Positions 17,555 through 26,016 of a stretch of DNA of 51,192 bases are shown in pieces. This stretch comes from a bacterium (lineage in GTDB: Bacteria; JAJRZV01), in the NCBI GenBank assembly GCA_024275095.1, contig JAJRZV010000024.1:1-51192 (forward strand), in the 5' to 3' direction. Position 1 is the stretch's first letter. Each line of letters begins with the position of its first letter. Below the pieces are notes generated by a model, which did not search any database, had not been told where the DNA came from, and was given only the letters and a program-made list of their open reading frames with translations. The position numbers were made by a program, and so were the translations under genes.

Positions 17555-18146
17555 ATTTTCCAAGTTCAAACCGTATAAAACGCTTCACCCGTATGTTTTC
17601 TCCTAATTTGGCAATATAGGTCTTGATATAATCTTCAATGGTCATATCAGGATTTTTTACAAAATTCTGCTCTAATAGGCAATTCTCTTCAAAGAATTTT
17701 TCCAGCCGCCCCTCAACGATTTTCTCTATAACGTGGTCCGGTTTGCCCGTCTGACGGGCCTGTTCTCGAAGAATTTCCTTTTCTTTCTCAAGCACATCCG
17801 CGGGAATATCTTCCCTCGAAACATACCGTGGAGACATGGCTGCTATGTGCATGGCAAGATCGTGAACAAGGGTCTTAAAATCATCAGTTCTCGCAACAAA
17901 ATCAGTTTCACAATTTACTTCCAGCAGAACACCCACACGATTTCCCGGGTGTATGTATGAATCAACCATGCCTTCAAGAGTTTCTCTATGAAGTTTCTTA
18001 GACGCACCGGCGATACCTTTTTTGCGCAGGAACTCAATAGCTTTCTCAATATCCCCTCCTGTCTCTTGAAGCGCTTTTTTACAATCAAGGACTCCCGCTC
18101 CAGTCATCTCCCGAAGTTTTTTCACATCCTCAGTGCTAACAGACAT
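17544..18146 (-). CDS. tsf: Elongation factor Ts (short form)
   Basis: [19 protein letters not shown] and [10 protein letters not shown]; 200 aa. Confidence 0.98.
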   Translation of the reverse strand: MSVSTEDVKKLREMTGAGVLDCKKALQETGGDIEKAIEFLRKKGIAGASKKLHRETLEGMVDSYIHPGNRVGVLLEVNCETDFVARTDDFKTLVHDLAMHIAAMSPRYVSREDIPADVLEKEKEILREQARQTGKPDHVIEKIVEGRLEKFFEENCLLEQNFVKNPDMTIEDYIKTYIAKLGENIRVKRFIRFELGKYES

Positions 18147-18166
18147 TTAAACCCTCCCCATGAAAA

Positions 18167-18958
18167 TCATTTTATTTCATCTGCGATGGTTTCTTCAGTG
18201 GCGGTTTCAAGTGATGCCTCCTCTACGCCCCCTTCCTCCTCTTCTTCGGCTGCAAAACGTTCCTGATAAATCTTCTGGCCCTCTATACACGCATCCGCGA
18301 TAGTGGTGGTAAGGAGTTTTATCGCGCGAATAGCATCGTCATTGGCTGGAATAAGGTATTCAATACCGGTAGGATCACAGTTGGTATCAACAAGTGCCAC
18401 AATGGGAATACCCAGCTTTTGTGCCTCTTTCACAGCGATCTCTTCTTTCTTGGTATCAATAACAAAAACCGCGTCTGGAAGCTTTTTGAGATTGCGCAGA
18501 CCTTCAAAATATTTTTTCAGTTTTTCCCTCTCTTTCTTGAGCTTATTGATCTCGCGCTTGGTAAGATGAGCGAACTGTTCGTGATACTCATCTTCGTCGA
18601 TTTTCTCCAGTTCCAGCAATTTGTCTATGCGTTTTTTTATGGTTTTGAAATTGGTAAGAGTACCTCCCAACCACCGTGTGGCCACGTAGGGCATGCCGCA
18701 ACGCAAAGCCTCCTGCCTGGTGGTTTCCTGTGCCTGTCGCTTGGTACCCACAAATAAAATTATCCCCCCTTGAGAAGTAAGGTCCACCACGAACCTGTAA
18801 GCCTTGTCAAGCAATTCAACTGTTTTTTGTAAATCGATGATATAAATGCCGTTTCTTTCTGCATAAATATAAGGTTCCATTTTAGGGTGCCAGCGGTTGG
18901 TCTGATGACCAAAATGGACCCCAGCCTCCAGCAACTGCTTCATCGTGACAACACTCAT
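18167..18958 (-). CDS. rpsB: 30S ribosomal protein S2
   Basis: [31 protein letters not shown]. Confidence 0.99.
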   Translation of the reverse strand: MSVVTMKQLLEAGVHFGHQTNRWHPKMEPYIYAERNGIYIIDLQKTVELLDKAYRFVVDLTSQGGIILFVGTKRQAQETTRQEALRCGMPYVATRWLGGTLTNFKTIKKRIDKLLELEKIDEDEYHEQFAHLTKREINKLKKEREKLKKYFEGLRNLKKLPDAVFVIDTKKEEIAVKEAQKLGIPIVALVDTNCDPTGIEYLIPANDDAIRAIKLLTTTIADACIEGQKIYQERFAAEEEEEGGVEEASLETATEETIADEIK

Positions 18959-18964
18959 TCTAAC

Positions 18965-19056
18965 CTCCTGAAAACGGTTGTTCGTCCGCTCCCTTCAACC
19001 CCCCGGGAACCCGGTGGGTTTAATGGGCACCACCCGCAGGGTCCAGGAGCGTGCTT
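18965..19056 (-). promoter_or_regulatory. rpsB 5' leader (putative S2 autogenous control RNA)
   Basis: GC-rich structured UTR: CGCUCC (19051-19046) pairs with GGAGCG (18992-18987), with an inner CCCACCGG/CCGGGGGG stem. GGUG and CAACC elements could form the pseudoknot known for S2 leaders. Confidence 0.6.
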
Positions 19057-19069
19057 TTTATCGAAGGTG

Positions 19070-19098
19070 TTTATACCTTTATTCATACGAATTTGCAA
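19070..19098 (-). promoter_or_regulatory. Sigma70-type promoter of the rpsB operon
   Basis: TTGCAA (19098-19093), 17 nt, TATAAA (19075-19070), directly upstream of the leader. Confidence 0.7.
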
Positions 19099-19140
19099 CA
19101 GAAGATGTCAGAATCGTGCAGACGAACACAATGCTGAAAC

Positions 19141-19944
19141 CTACAAAAGCACACCCTGAAAAACAGAACTTGCAGGACCAACAAGAACAACATCTCCTAT
19201 GCCGTCCCATTCCACCACCAGTTCACCTCCCGGAAGTTTCACAGTCACCGGACTGCCGACCCTGCCCTCCCGCACAGAGGCCACCGCAGAAGCACACGCC
19301 CCGGTTCCACATGCAAGAGTGGGGCCAGCTCCTCTTTCCCACACATGAACCTCAATAGCATTCGAAGATATAATCTTTACAAATTCCACATTGATACCAT
19401 TCGGAAACAAAGAACGGTTTTCTGAGATCACCTTCCCGTGTTTCTCCAGCGAACCTTTCTCAAAAATCACAGCATGAGGGTTACCCATAGAGACAAGGTG
19501 AGCATCCAGCACCTCGTCTGGAAGGGTTATCTTTACAGGGAACGACTCACCACGAAAAACAGAGGGCAACAGTGAGGCTTCAAATACAGGGCGACCCATA
19601 TTGACTCTGTAGTTCCCGCCTTCTTTCGTCACTTTTTTCAATCCAGCCAGTGTTTCCACAGAAACGCTTTTTCCCGTGGCTCTCCCGTGCCTGAGAGCAA
19701 AATCCACCAGGCACCGAATCCCATTGCCGCACATTCCTGCTTCAGAGCCGTCTGGATTAAAAATTCTCATCTTCACATCCGCCTTCTCCGAAGGAAGCAG
19801 AAGCAAAAGCTGGTCGGCTCCGATACCAAAATGTCTGTCCAGATATTTACGGGCGAATTCAGAATAATCGCCAATTGTCTGGTCAAACAGGTCTATCACA
19901 ACAAAGTCATTACCCAGAGCGTGCATCTTCTCAAATTCAATCAT
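19141..19944 (-). CDS. dapF: Diaminopimelate epimerase
   Basis: KMHALGNDF, MCGNG, GNPH, ERGAGPTLACGTG. Confidence 0.98.
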   Translation of the reverse strand: MIEFEKMHALGNDFVVIDLFDQTIGDYSEFARKYLDRHFGIGADQLLLLLPSEKADVKMRIFNPDGSEAGMCGNGIRCLVDFALRHGRATGKSVSVETLAGLKKVTKEGGNYRVNMGRPVFEASLLPSVFRGESFPVKITLPDEVLDAHLVSMGNPHAVIFEKGSLEKHGKVISENRSLFPNGINVEFVKIISSNAIEVHVWERGAGPTLACGTGACASAVASVREGRVGSPVTVKLPGGELVVEWDGIGDVVLVGPASSVFQGVLL

Positions 19945-21221
19945 TGTTTCACTTCCAATCCCACCTCATCTTTAATCAGGTATTCAATACTCTCTCTCCC
20001 TTTGACCAGGAAATAACTGTCTCCGTCAACCAACACCTCTGCAGCCCGCGGGCGGGAGTTGTAATTTGAAGCCATGCTCGCCGCGTAGGCACCTGCAGAA
20101 AGAACAGCAATATACGCACCCCGCTGGACCTCAGGAAACAATCGCGCTCTTGCGATAAAGTCACCGCTTTCGCAGACAGGTCCCACAATGTCCCATTCTT
20201 TCATTTCTCTATCTTCAATAGCTTCTACAGCTTCTACACACACCACCTCGTGATAGGCATCATAAAGTGAGGGCCTCGGCAGGTCATTCATCCCGATGTC
20301 CGTGATGATGAAGTTTTTGAACCGTGTCTTCTTTACATAGAGAACCTTTACAATAACTGCACCCGCATTACCCACAATGCTCCGTCCGGGTTCCAGTATG
20401 GGTATAGTACCCGACTCCTCTGCAATTTTATTGACGAGATTTGCATATTCGCGGATAGCAAATGGGCTGTCAGAGTCACGGTACTTGATGCCCACACCAC
20501 CCCCAAAATCGAAATACCTGATGTTCAGTCCATCTTTTTTCAAATGTTTCACCATTTCTTTAAGCTTATTGAAAGCTTCCTCAAACGGTTGAAGTGAAAG
20601 GATCTGTGAGCCGATGTGGCAGTCTATTCCCACAGGATCAAGACCCGGCGTTTTTGCTGCAAACGAATATGCTTCTAAAGCCTCGTCTTCGGGAAGACCG
20701 AACTTGGCTTTTTTGAAACCGGTGGAAATATAGGGATGCGAAGGAATTGCCACGTCCGGGTTAACGCGAATAGCCACAGGAGCCTCTTTTTTCAGATCTG
20801 CTGCGATACGCGCGATATTTTCCAGCTCTTCCATTGATTCCACGTTGAACATGAGGATGCCTACACGAAGGGCGTATTCAATTTCCTCATCGGTTTTACC
20901 CACACCAGAAAACACTATGCGCGAGGGATCTATCCCTGCGTGTATAGCTCTGTAAAGTTCTCCTCCGGATACCACATCCGCTCCTGCGCCCAATCCACCC
21001 AATATCTGAAGTATTGCTCTGCTGGTATTGGCTTTGACGGAGTAACATACAAGCCCATCTTCCCTCAGATGAGTTCGATACTCCATAAATTGCTTTTCGA
21101 TGTGATTGCGGCTGTAAACGTACAGGGGGGTGCCGAAACGCGTTGTAAGCTCGGTTATGGACACGTCTTCACAGTAAAGTTCCCCGTTCACATAACGAAA
21201 CTCACTGGCTGGAATAGTCAC
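19941..21221 (-). CDS. lysA: Diaminopimelate decarboxylase
   Basis: YSVKAN (PLP lysine), HIGSQ, EPGR, GPVCESGD, SNYNSRPR. Confidence 0.98.
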   Translation of the reverse strand: MTIPASEFRYVNGELYCEDVSITELTTRFGTPLYVYSRNHIEKQFMEYRTHLREDGLVCYSVKANTSRAILQILGGLGAGADVVSGGELYRAIHAGIDPSRIVFSGVGKTDEEIEYALRVGILMFNVESMEELENIARIAADLKKEAPVAIRVNPDVAIPSHPYISTGFKKAKFGLPEDEALEAYSFAAKTPGLDPVGIDCHIGSQILSLQPFEEAFNKLKEMVKHLKKDGLNIRYFDFGGGVGIKYRDSDSPFAIREYANLVNKIAEESGTIPILEPGRSIVGNAGAVIVKVLYVKKTRFKNFIITDIGMNDLPRPSLYDAYHEVVCVEAVEAIEDREMKEWDIVGPVCESGDFIARARLFPEVQRGAYIAVLSAGAYAASMASNYNSRPRAAEVLVDGDSYFLVKGRESIEYLIKDEVGLEVKQ

Positions 21222-22132
21222 TGTTTCACCTCGAAACGTATTCTACTTTCCCGCCTAAACGAATTGACGCTTGAGACCCCATAGATGCACCGGGACATAT
21301 GTTGTGTTTGATAAGAATTCATTGTTGAAGCGGCAACACCAACTTTTTTAACCCGTTTTCCACACTTGCGGTAAATAATATACCCCGTTACATCGGAAGA
21401 GGTAGAAGGTGTCCACACGACCTTAACCTGTTCACCCGTTTTAACAGTATAGACTCTTCCGGGGGGTGCAGGTGCCGGAGGCATGTTGCGTATTTTCACT
21501 TTTTTACATACGTCTCCCTCTACAGGAATACCTGCATAAAAAGTTACGGGACGAATGTAATATGTGTACTCCTGATTCATCTTTACGTTTACGTCGATAA
21601 AAAATCCTCTCCAAATAGGCGAAGAATTTAAGGGAATATACTGCGAACTGTCAACACGGTAAATATTGTAAAATTGACTTTGCGGACTTTCCCATCGCAC
21701 CTCTATCAGGCGTCCCAGGGATGAGGCGGTAACCTTGCTGATCTCACATCCGGGAATTGTCACCTCCTGAGGGAAATTTACCTTTGAAGGTGCTCCGTAA
21801 AGGCCGTTCTGAAACACGGGAAGTATTTCAATATCTCCGGTTAGTGATTCCATGCCCACACTTAACCAGTAAGGCAGCTTTGAAATCTCCAGATGTATCA
21901 GCAATTTTGGGCCTGAATACACCACAATTTCCTTTAATCCCTGCGCCTGTGGGCGTTTAATAAACATAATCAATGTATTGCCGCGTATCAGGATGGGGAT
22001 CCTTGTAAATAATGGGCGTACATACTTGGCTGGATATTCCGGTGGAACCCTGTGCCCGCACGCACCGGTACCCAGATATACCAGCAAAATGAGAACTCCA
22101 TATGCAGCCAAATATTTCTTCATCCAAGGCAA
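21218..22132 (-). CDS. Lipoprotein with fibronectin type III-like domains
   Basis: Lipobox TGAC followed by GHRVPP; FN3-type motifs (VRWE..YNIYR, YTYYIR, VVWTPS...GYIIYR, YGVSSVN...ES). Confidence 0.8.
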   Translation of the reverse strand: MPWMKKYLAAYGVLILLVYLGTGACGHRVPPEYPAKYVRPLFTRIPILIRGNTLIMFIKRPQAQGLKEIVVYSGPKLLIHLEISKLPYWLSVGMESLTGDIEILPVFQNGLYGAPSKVNFPQEVTIPGCEISKVTASSLGRLIEVRWESPQSQFYNIYRVDSSQYIPLNSSPIWRGFFIDVNVKMNQEYTYYIRPVTFYAGIPVEGDVCKKVKIRNMPPAPAPPGRVYTVKTGEQVKVVWTPSTSSDVTGYIIYRKCGKRVKKVGVAASTMNSYQTQHMSRCIYGVSSVNSFRRESRIRFEVKQ

Positions 22133-22137
22133 TCAGC

Positions 22138-23532
22138 TCAGCACATCTTATTCTTGGTATGCGCCTTCACCAAATTCAACAACCTGCGCGCTGTTTTTTT
22201 TACCTCTGAAGGATGAGGACCTCCCGGAACCTTCCTGGCCTTAACGCTTCCTTCCGGGCACAGTGTTTTAACGTCTTCAGGGTCAAGAGCAGGGTGGATT
22301 TTCTTCAGTTCACTATCTCTTATTTCTACAGGAGATTCTTTATTATCCATGAGGTGCTTCACCAGTTTGCCCACCGCTTCATGGGCTGTACGAAACGGGA
22401 CACCCTTCTGAACGAGCTTCTCTGCGAGATCGGTCATGAGCAATTTCCAATCTTCTGCGGCTCCAGCAAGGATATCCCTGCGAAACTCCAGGCGCTCCAC
22501 AAGCATACACATGATGTTTACACTGGCAAGTGTGGTATCGAATGCACTGAACAGGTGAACCTTGCCTTCCTGGAGATCACGATTGTAGGTAAGGGGAAGA
22601 TTTTTTTCCAGAGCCAAAAGTGCAACAGCGGCTGCTATTACACCACCCGCCTTGCCGCGCACCAGCTCAGGAACATCTGGATTTTTCTTGTGAGGCATGA
22701 GGGAACTTCCTGTACACATTTCATCGGGCAGTTCCACAAACGAGAATTCATCAGATGCCCACAGGATCAATTCCTCCGCGAATCGCGAAAGGGTCACCAT
22801 GATGGCTGCGCAGATAAAGGTAAATTCGGCAAGCAAATCCCGAAACGAGACAGCATCCATGCTGTTAAGACAGATGCGTGAGAACCCGAGTTTCTCCGCC
22901 ATAAACCTGCGGTCAAGTCCCAGCGTGTTGGAAGCAAGTGCACCTGAGCCCAGTGGCAATTCATCGTTACGTTCCAAGAAGTCCTGAAACCTCGTCAGAT
23001 GCCTGTAAAGGGCACACGCGTAGGCGTTGAGGTGATGGCCTGCTGTCACAACTTGTGCACGCTGAAGATGTGTATAGCCTGGCATTATCGTGGAAGCATA
23101 TTTAATGGCTTTCTCTGCGAGCACCTCGACGAAATGCGCGAGCGAATACAACAATTCCTTCCCTGCATCTTTCATGAACATGCGAACATCCAGGACCACC
23201 TGCTCGTTGCGGCTTCTGCCCGCATGGAGCTTTTTTCCAATATCTCCTGTAAGCTCTACAAGCCGTCTTTCAATGGCCGTATGAATGTCTTCATCAGAGG
23301 AGTGAAACGAAAAACTTCCGGAGTCCATTTCTTTCTTTATCCGGTTGAGAGCAGAGACGATTTTTCTTTCCTCTCCTGACGTAATCACACCTGCTTTCCT
23401 CAATGCCTGTGCGTATACCTGGCTTCCCTTTATATCGTACGTGTAAAGGCGATGGTCTGTTTTCAGAGAGTTGGTATACTCTTCAACCTCCTCGAGAGTC
23501 CTGCCTGAAAATCGTCCACCCCATAACTTCAT
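22138..23532 (-). CDS. argH: Argininosuccinate lyase
   Basis: KLWGGRF, EDIH, GRSRNEQ, GYTHLQRAQ, GSSLMPHKKNPD; ATG at 23532 after GGAGGGAG. Confidence 0.98.
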   Translation of the reverse strand: MKLWGGRFSGRTLEEVEEYTNSLKTDHRLYTYDIKGSQVYAQALRKAGVITSGEERKIVSALNRIKKEMDSGSFSFHSSDEDIHTAIERRLVELTGDIGKKLHAGRSRNEQVVLDVRMFMKDAGKELLYSLAHFVEVLAEKAIKYASTIMPGYTHLQRAQVVTAGHHLNAYACALYRHLTRFQDFLERNDELPLGSGALASNTLGLDRRFMAEKLGFSRICLNSMDAVSFRDLLAEFTFICAAIMVTLSRFAEELILWASDEFSFVELPDEMCTGSSLMPHKKNPDVPELVRGKAGGVIAAAVALLALEKNLPLTYNRDLQEGKVHLFSAFDTTLASVNIMCMLVERLEFRRDILAGAAEDWKLLMTDLAEKLVQKGVPFRTAHEAVGKLVKHLMDNKESPVEIRDSELKKIHPALDPEDVKTLCPEGSVKARKVPGGPHPSEVKKTARRLLNLVKAHTKNKMC

Positions 23533-23697
23533 ATCTCCCTCCGGCACTCAAATTAAATGGTCATCTTCTTCTTTATACCATAAACAAAATGCCAGTCTCT
23601 TCATTTGCCGCCAAAATCTTCTCTTGATGAGTCCTACTTTCCATGAAAAAATTCATACAGTGTGAGTATACTTTTCAAAAGAGCCCGGAGGATTTCG

Positions 23698-24675
23698 ATG
23701 TTTAAAAAAATAACGATTTTATTTCTATTGTTTCCTCCCGTTGCCCTGGCTGGACAACTCGCTTTGAAAATGGCCACCATCGCACCCGAGGGCACGGGCT
23801 GGATGGAGGTATGGAAAGATGCTGCACAGGAAATAGAAGCACGCACAAAGGGAGCGATAGATGTGCGCACATACGCCTCAGGCGTCCTGGGAGACGAAGG
23901 CGAATACGTCACGCTCCTGAAAAACGGAGACATTGATCTCGCCGGAATTACAGTTCACGGCATTTCACTCATTGCTCCCCAGTTCCTGGTACTCTCCGTT
24001 CCCTTCCAGTTCCGTAATTACAGCGAGGTGGATTATGTGCTCGAAAACCTGGACGAAGAATTCAGGAGCATCTTCCAGAAAAAGGGATATCAACCTCTCC
24101 TCTTTATTGATCATGGATTCGTCTACGCTTATTCAACAATAAACATACAAACTCCTCCCGAAATCAGGAAAGCCAGGGTGTGGATATGGATGGATGAGCC
24201 CTCTGCAAGACTGATCTTTAAGGCCATGAACGTACAAAACTTTGTTCCCGTACCCTTTCAAGATGTAGTGCCAGGGTTAAAGAATGGACTCATTGACATT
24301 GTTTACACTTCTCCCAGTGTCTGCGTCGCCACCATGTGGTACCGGTACCTCAACTATTTAATTTCTCCACCTTTGCGTTACGAACCCGCTGTTCTCGTGG
24401 CCGGTCCTTCATTCAAACAAAAGTTTTCGCCCCAGCAACAAATGCTTATCTCTGAAATCATTGCCACAAAGGTCCAGGAGGCCAGAGAAATCATGCGGAG
24501 AGAGCAGGACAACGCCTTTGTCGAGCTCAAAAAAAGAATGAAATTGATCCGCTGGAGAGAAGAGTTTACCTCCAGCATTCGTGAAAGAACCCTGGAGTTC
24601 ATGGTCGAAAAGGGTCTTGCAGATGCGTCTCTGTTGCGGAAAGTGAACGCGCTGTTACGAACATTCAGAAAATAA
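23698..24675 (+). CDS. dctP: TRAP transporter substrate-binding protein (DctP family)
   Basis: Signal peptide from ATG 23698, LKMATIAPEGTGW, GVLGDE, V..GLKNGLID. Confidence 0.88.
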   Translation: MFKKITILFLLFPPVALAGQLALKMATIAPEGTGWMEVWKDAAQEIEARTKGAIDVRTYASGVLGDEGEYVTLLKNGDIDLAGITVHGISLIAPQFLVLSVPFQFRNYSEVDYVLENLDEEFRSIFQKKGYQPLLFIDHGFVYAYSTINIQTPPEIRKARVWIWMDEPSARLIFKAMNVQNFVPVPFQDVVPGLKNGLIDIVYTSPSVCVATMWYRYLNYLISPPLRYEPAVLVAGPSFKQKFSPQQQMLISEIIATKVQEAREIMRREQDNAFVELKKRMKLIRWREEFTSSIRERTLEFMVEKGLADASLLRKVNALLRTFRK

Positions 24676-24767
24676 AGAATAAAACAAAGTATTGCAATCT
24701 CCAAATTTCCTTTCCAAGCATGTAGCACACCTGAGGGTTGTAGTATATAATTTGCAATTCGTAATAA

Positions 24768-26015
24768 ATGACACCCAAACAACACGGAAGAAAATACACA
24801 TTCAAAAACCCATCATGTTCTATTGTTTCCCACAAAAACAACACTGCCGGTGGCAGAGCATTTTACGGATTTGCAAAAGTGATTGTGGTGTGCGCCTTTC
24901 TTATACAAACGATGTGTGCCCCAAAAGAAGGCTCGGTGTGCCTGCATAAGAAAGGCACTTACCTTGAACCTGGATGTTTAAGCGCCGGGATTTCCAGCAT
25001 GGCCCTTATCTACGTATCCGACTTTCATGGGCGATTGCTTCACTGGTCAGAGGAAGAATTCACTCCGTATCTTGTTTACGTGGACGAAGACGGCATACCA
25101 CACGAAGATATGAAAATGTTCGATGCATTCCTCATACTTGCCGGTGCCAGGAACACGTCCGGTGAAAATCACTCTTTTGCCAATCAGTTCGAAACCGGGT
25201 ATCCTTCATCGCTCTCGGACTGGACATGGCTGATGAAAAAAATTTTCGCACCCGATGGTCCACTTGCAGGGCTCGAAAAAGCAGCCGAGAAATGGCACCG
25301 CGAAGTGAAAATTGTCCTCCTCATTCCCTACCCCGAACGGGAACAGAAAAAATTTGGAGTGCTGCATGGCAAAGAGCTCAACTTCCGTTCATACACAGAT
25401 CGGTTTACTGCTGTAACATGGTGGATTTCGGAAACACTTCAAAAATGGGAAAACAGTGACTATTCCAGATTGGGTTTCGCAGGATTTTACTGGATGAACG
25501 AGGTCATGTTCGAATTCGGTGGTGTGTATGGAGACAATTCGGACGAACGACTTGTCGCTGAAATAAGAGACGTCATTCACTCAATAGATACAGGCAATGG
25601 ATCGTTACGGTTCTTCTGGATTCCATCGAATCTTTTCTTCGTGGTAAAGCCGTCTCTTCTCGACCCCGGTGCACCATGGTATCTGGACGCAGAAGGAAAA
25701 GAGATTTTCGATGCTGTGATATTTCAGCCCAATTACATGCAGGGATTTTATGAATGGAGAACCTACAGGACTCTCCAGCAGGTGGCGGAAGTAGCGAAAA
25801 CTTATGGTTTCGGAGTGGAAATGGAATTCAATGAGTGTATCTTCACGGACAGGGGATGCCTTAACCGGGCGATGGAATACTTTGACGCAGGCAGGAAATA
25901 TCAATGGAGGAAAAGCGTCCAGGCATTCGTATTCGGCAATTACCGGCTATCCAGGATGAGAAAGGAACTCCCCGCCCTCTACGACGAAATATATCGTTAC
26001 CTGAACGAGGAATGA
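24768..26015 (+). CDS. DUF4855-like protein (putative glycoside hydrolase-like fold), start uncertain
   Basis: Motif series ALIY..., FTPYLVY, MFDAFLIL, IPYP, GFYWMNE, FWIP, QPNY, GVEMEF, recalled as typical of DUF4855. Confidence 0.75.
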   Translation: MTPKQHGRKYTFKNPSCSIVSHKNNTAGGRAFYGFAKVIVVCAFLIQTMCAPKEGSVCLHKKGTYLEPGCLSAGISSMALIYVSDFHGRLLHWSEEEFTPYLVYVDEDGIPHEDMKMFDAFLILAGARNTSGENHSFANQFETGYPSSLSDWTWLMKKIFAPDGPLAGLEKAAEKWHREVKIVLLIPYPEREQKKFGVLHGKELNFRSYTDRFTAVTWWISETLQKWENSDYSRLGFAGFYWMNEVMFEFGGVYGDNSDERLVAEIRDVIHSIDTGNGSLRFFWIPSNLFFVVKPSLLDPGAPWYLDAEGKEIFDAVIFQPNYMQGFYEWRTYRTLQQVAEVAKTYGFGVEMEFNECIFTDRGCLNRAMEYFDAGRKYQWRKSVQAFVFGNYRLSRMRKELPALYDEIYRYLNEE

Positions 26016-26016
26016 A

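Noticed and set aside
17544-18146. EF-Ts only 200 aa, possible truncation
   Set aside because: The short form is a known natural variant in several phyla, and both termini look intact.
23643-23656. Palindrome ATGAA-AAAA-TTCAT upstream of argH as an ARG box
   Set aside because: Two nt shorter than the ArgR consensus spacing, single copy and AT-rich, so it may be chance.
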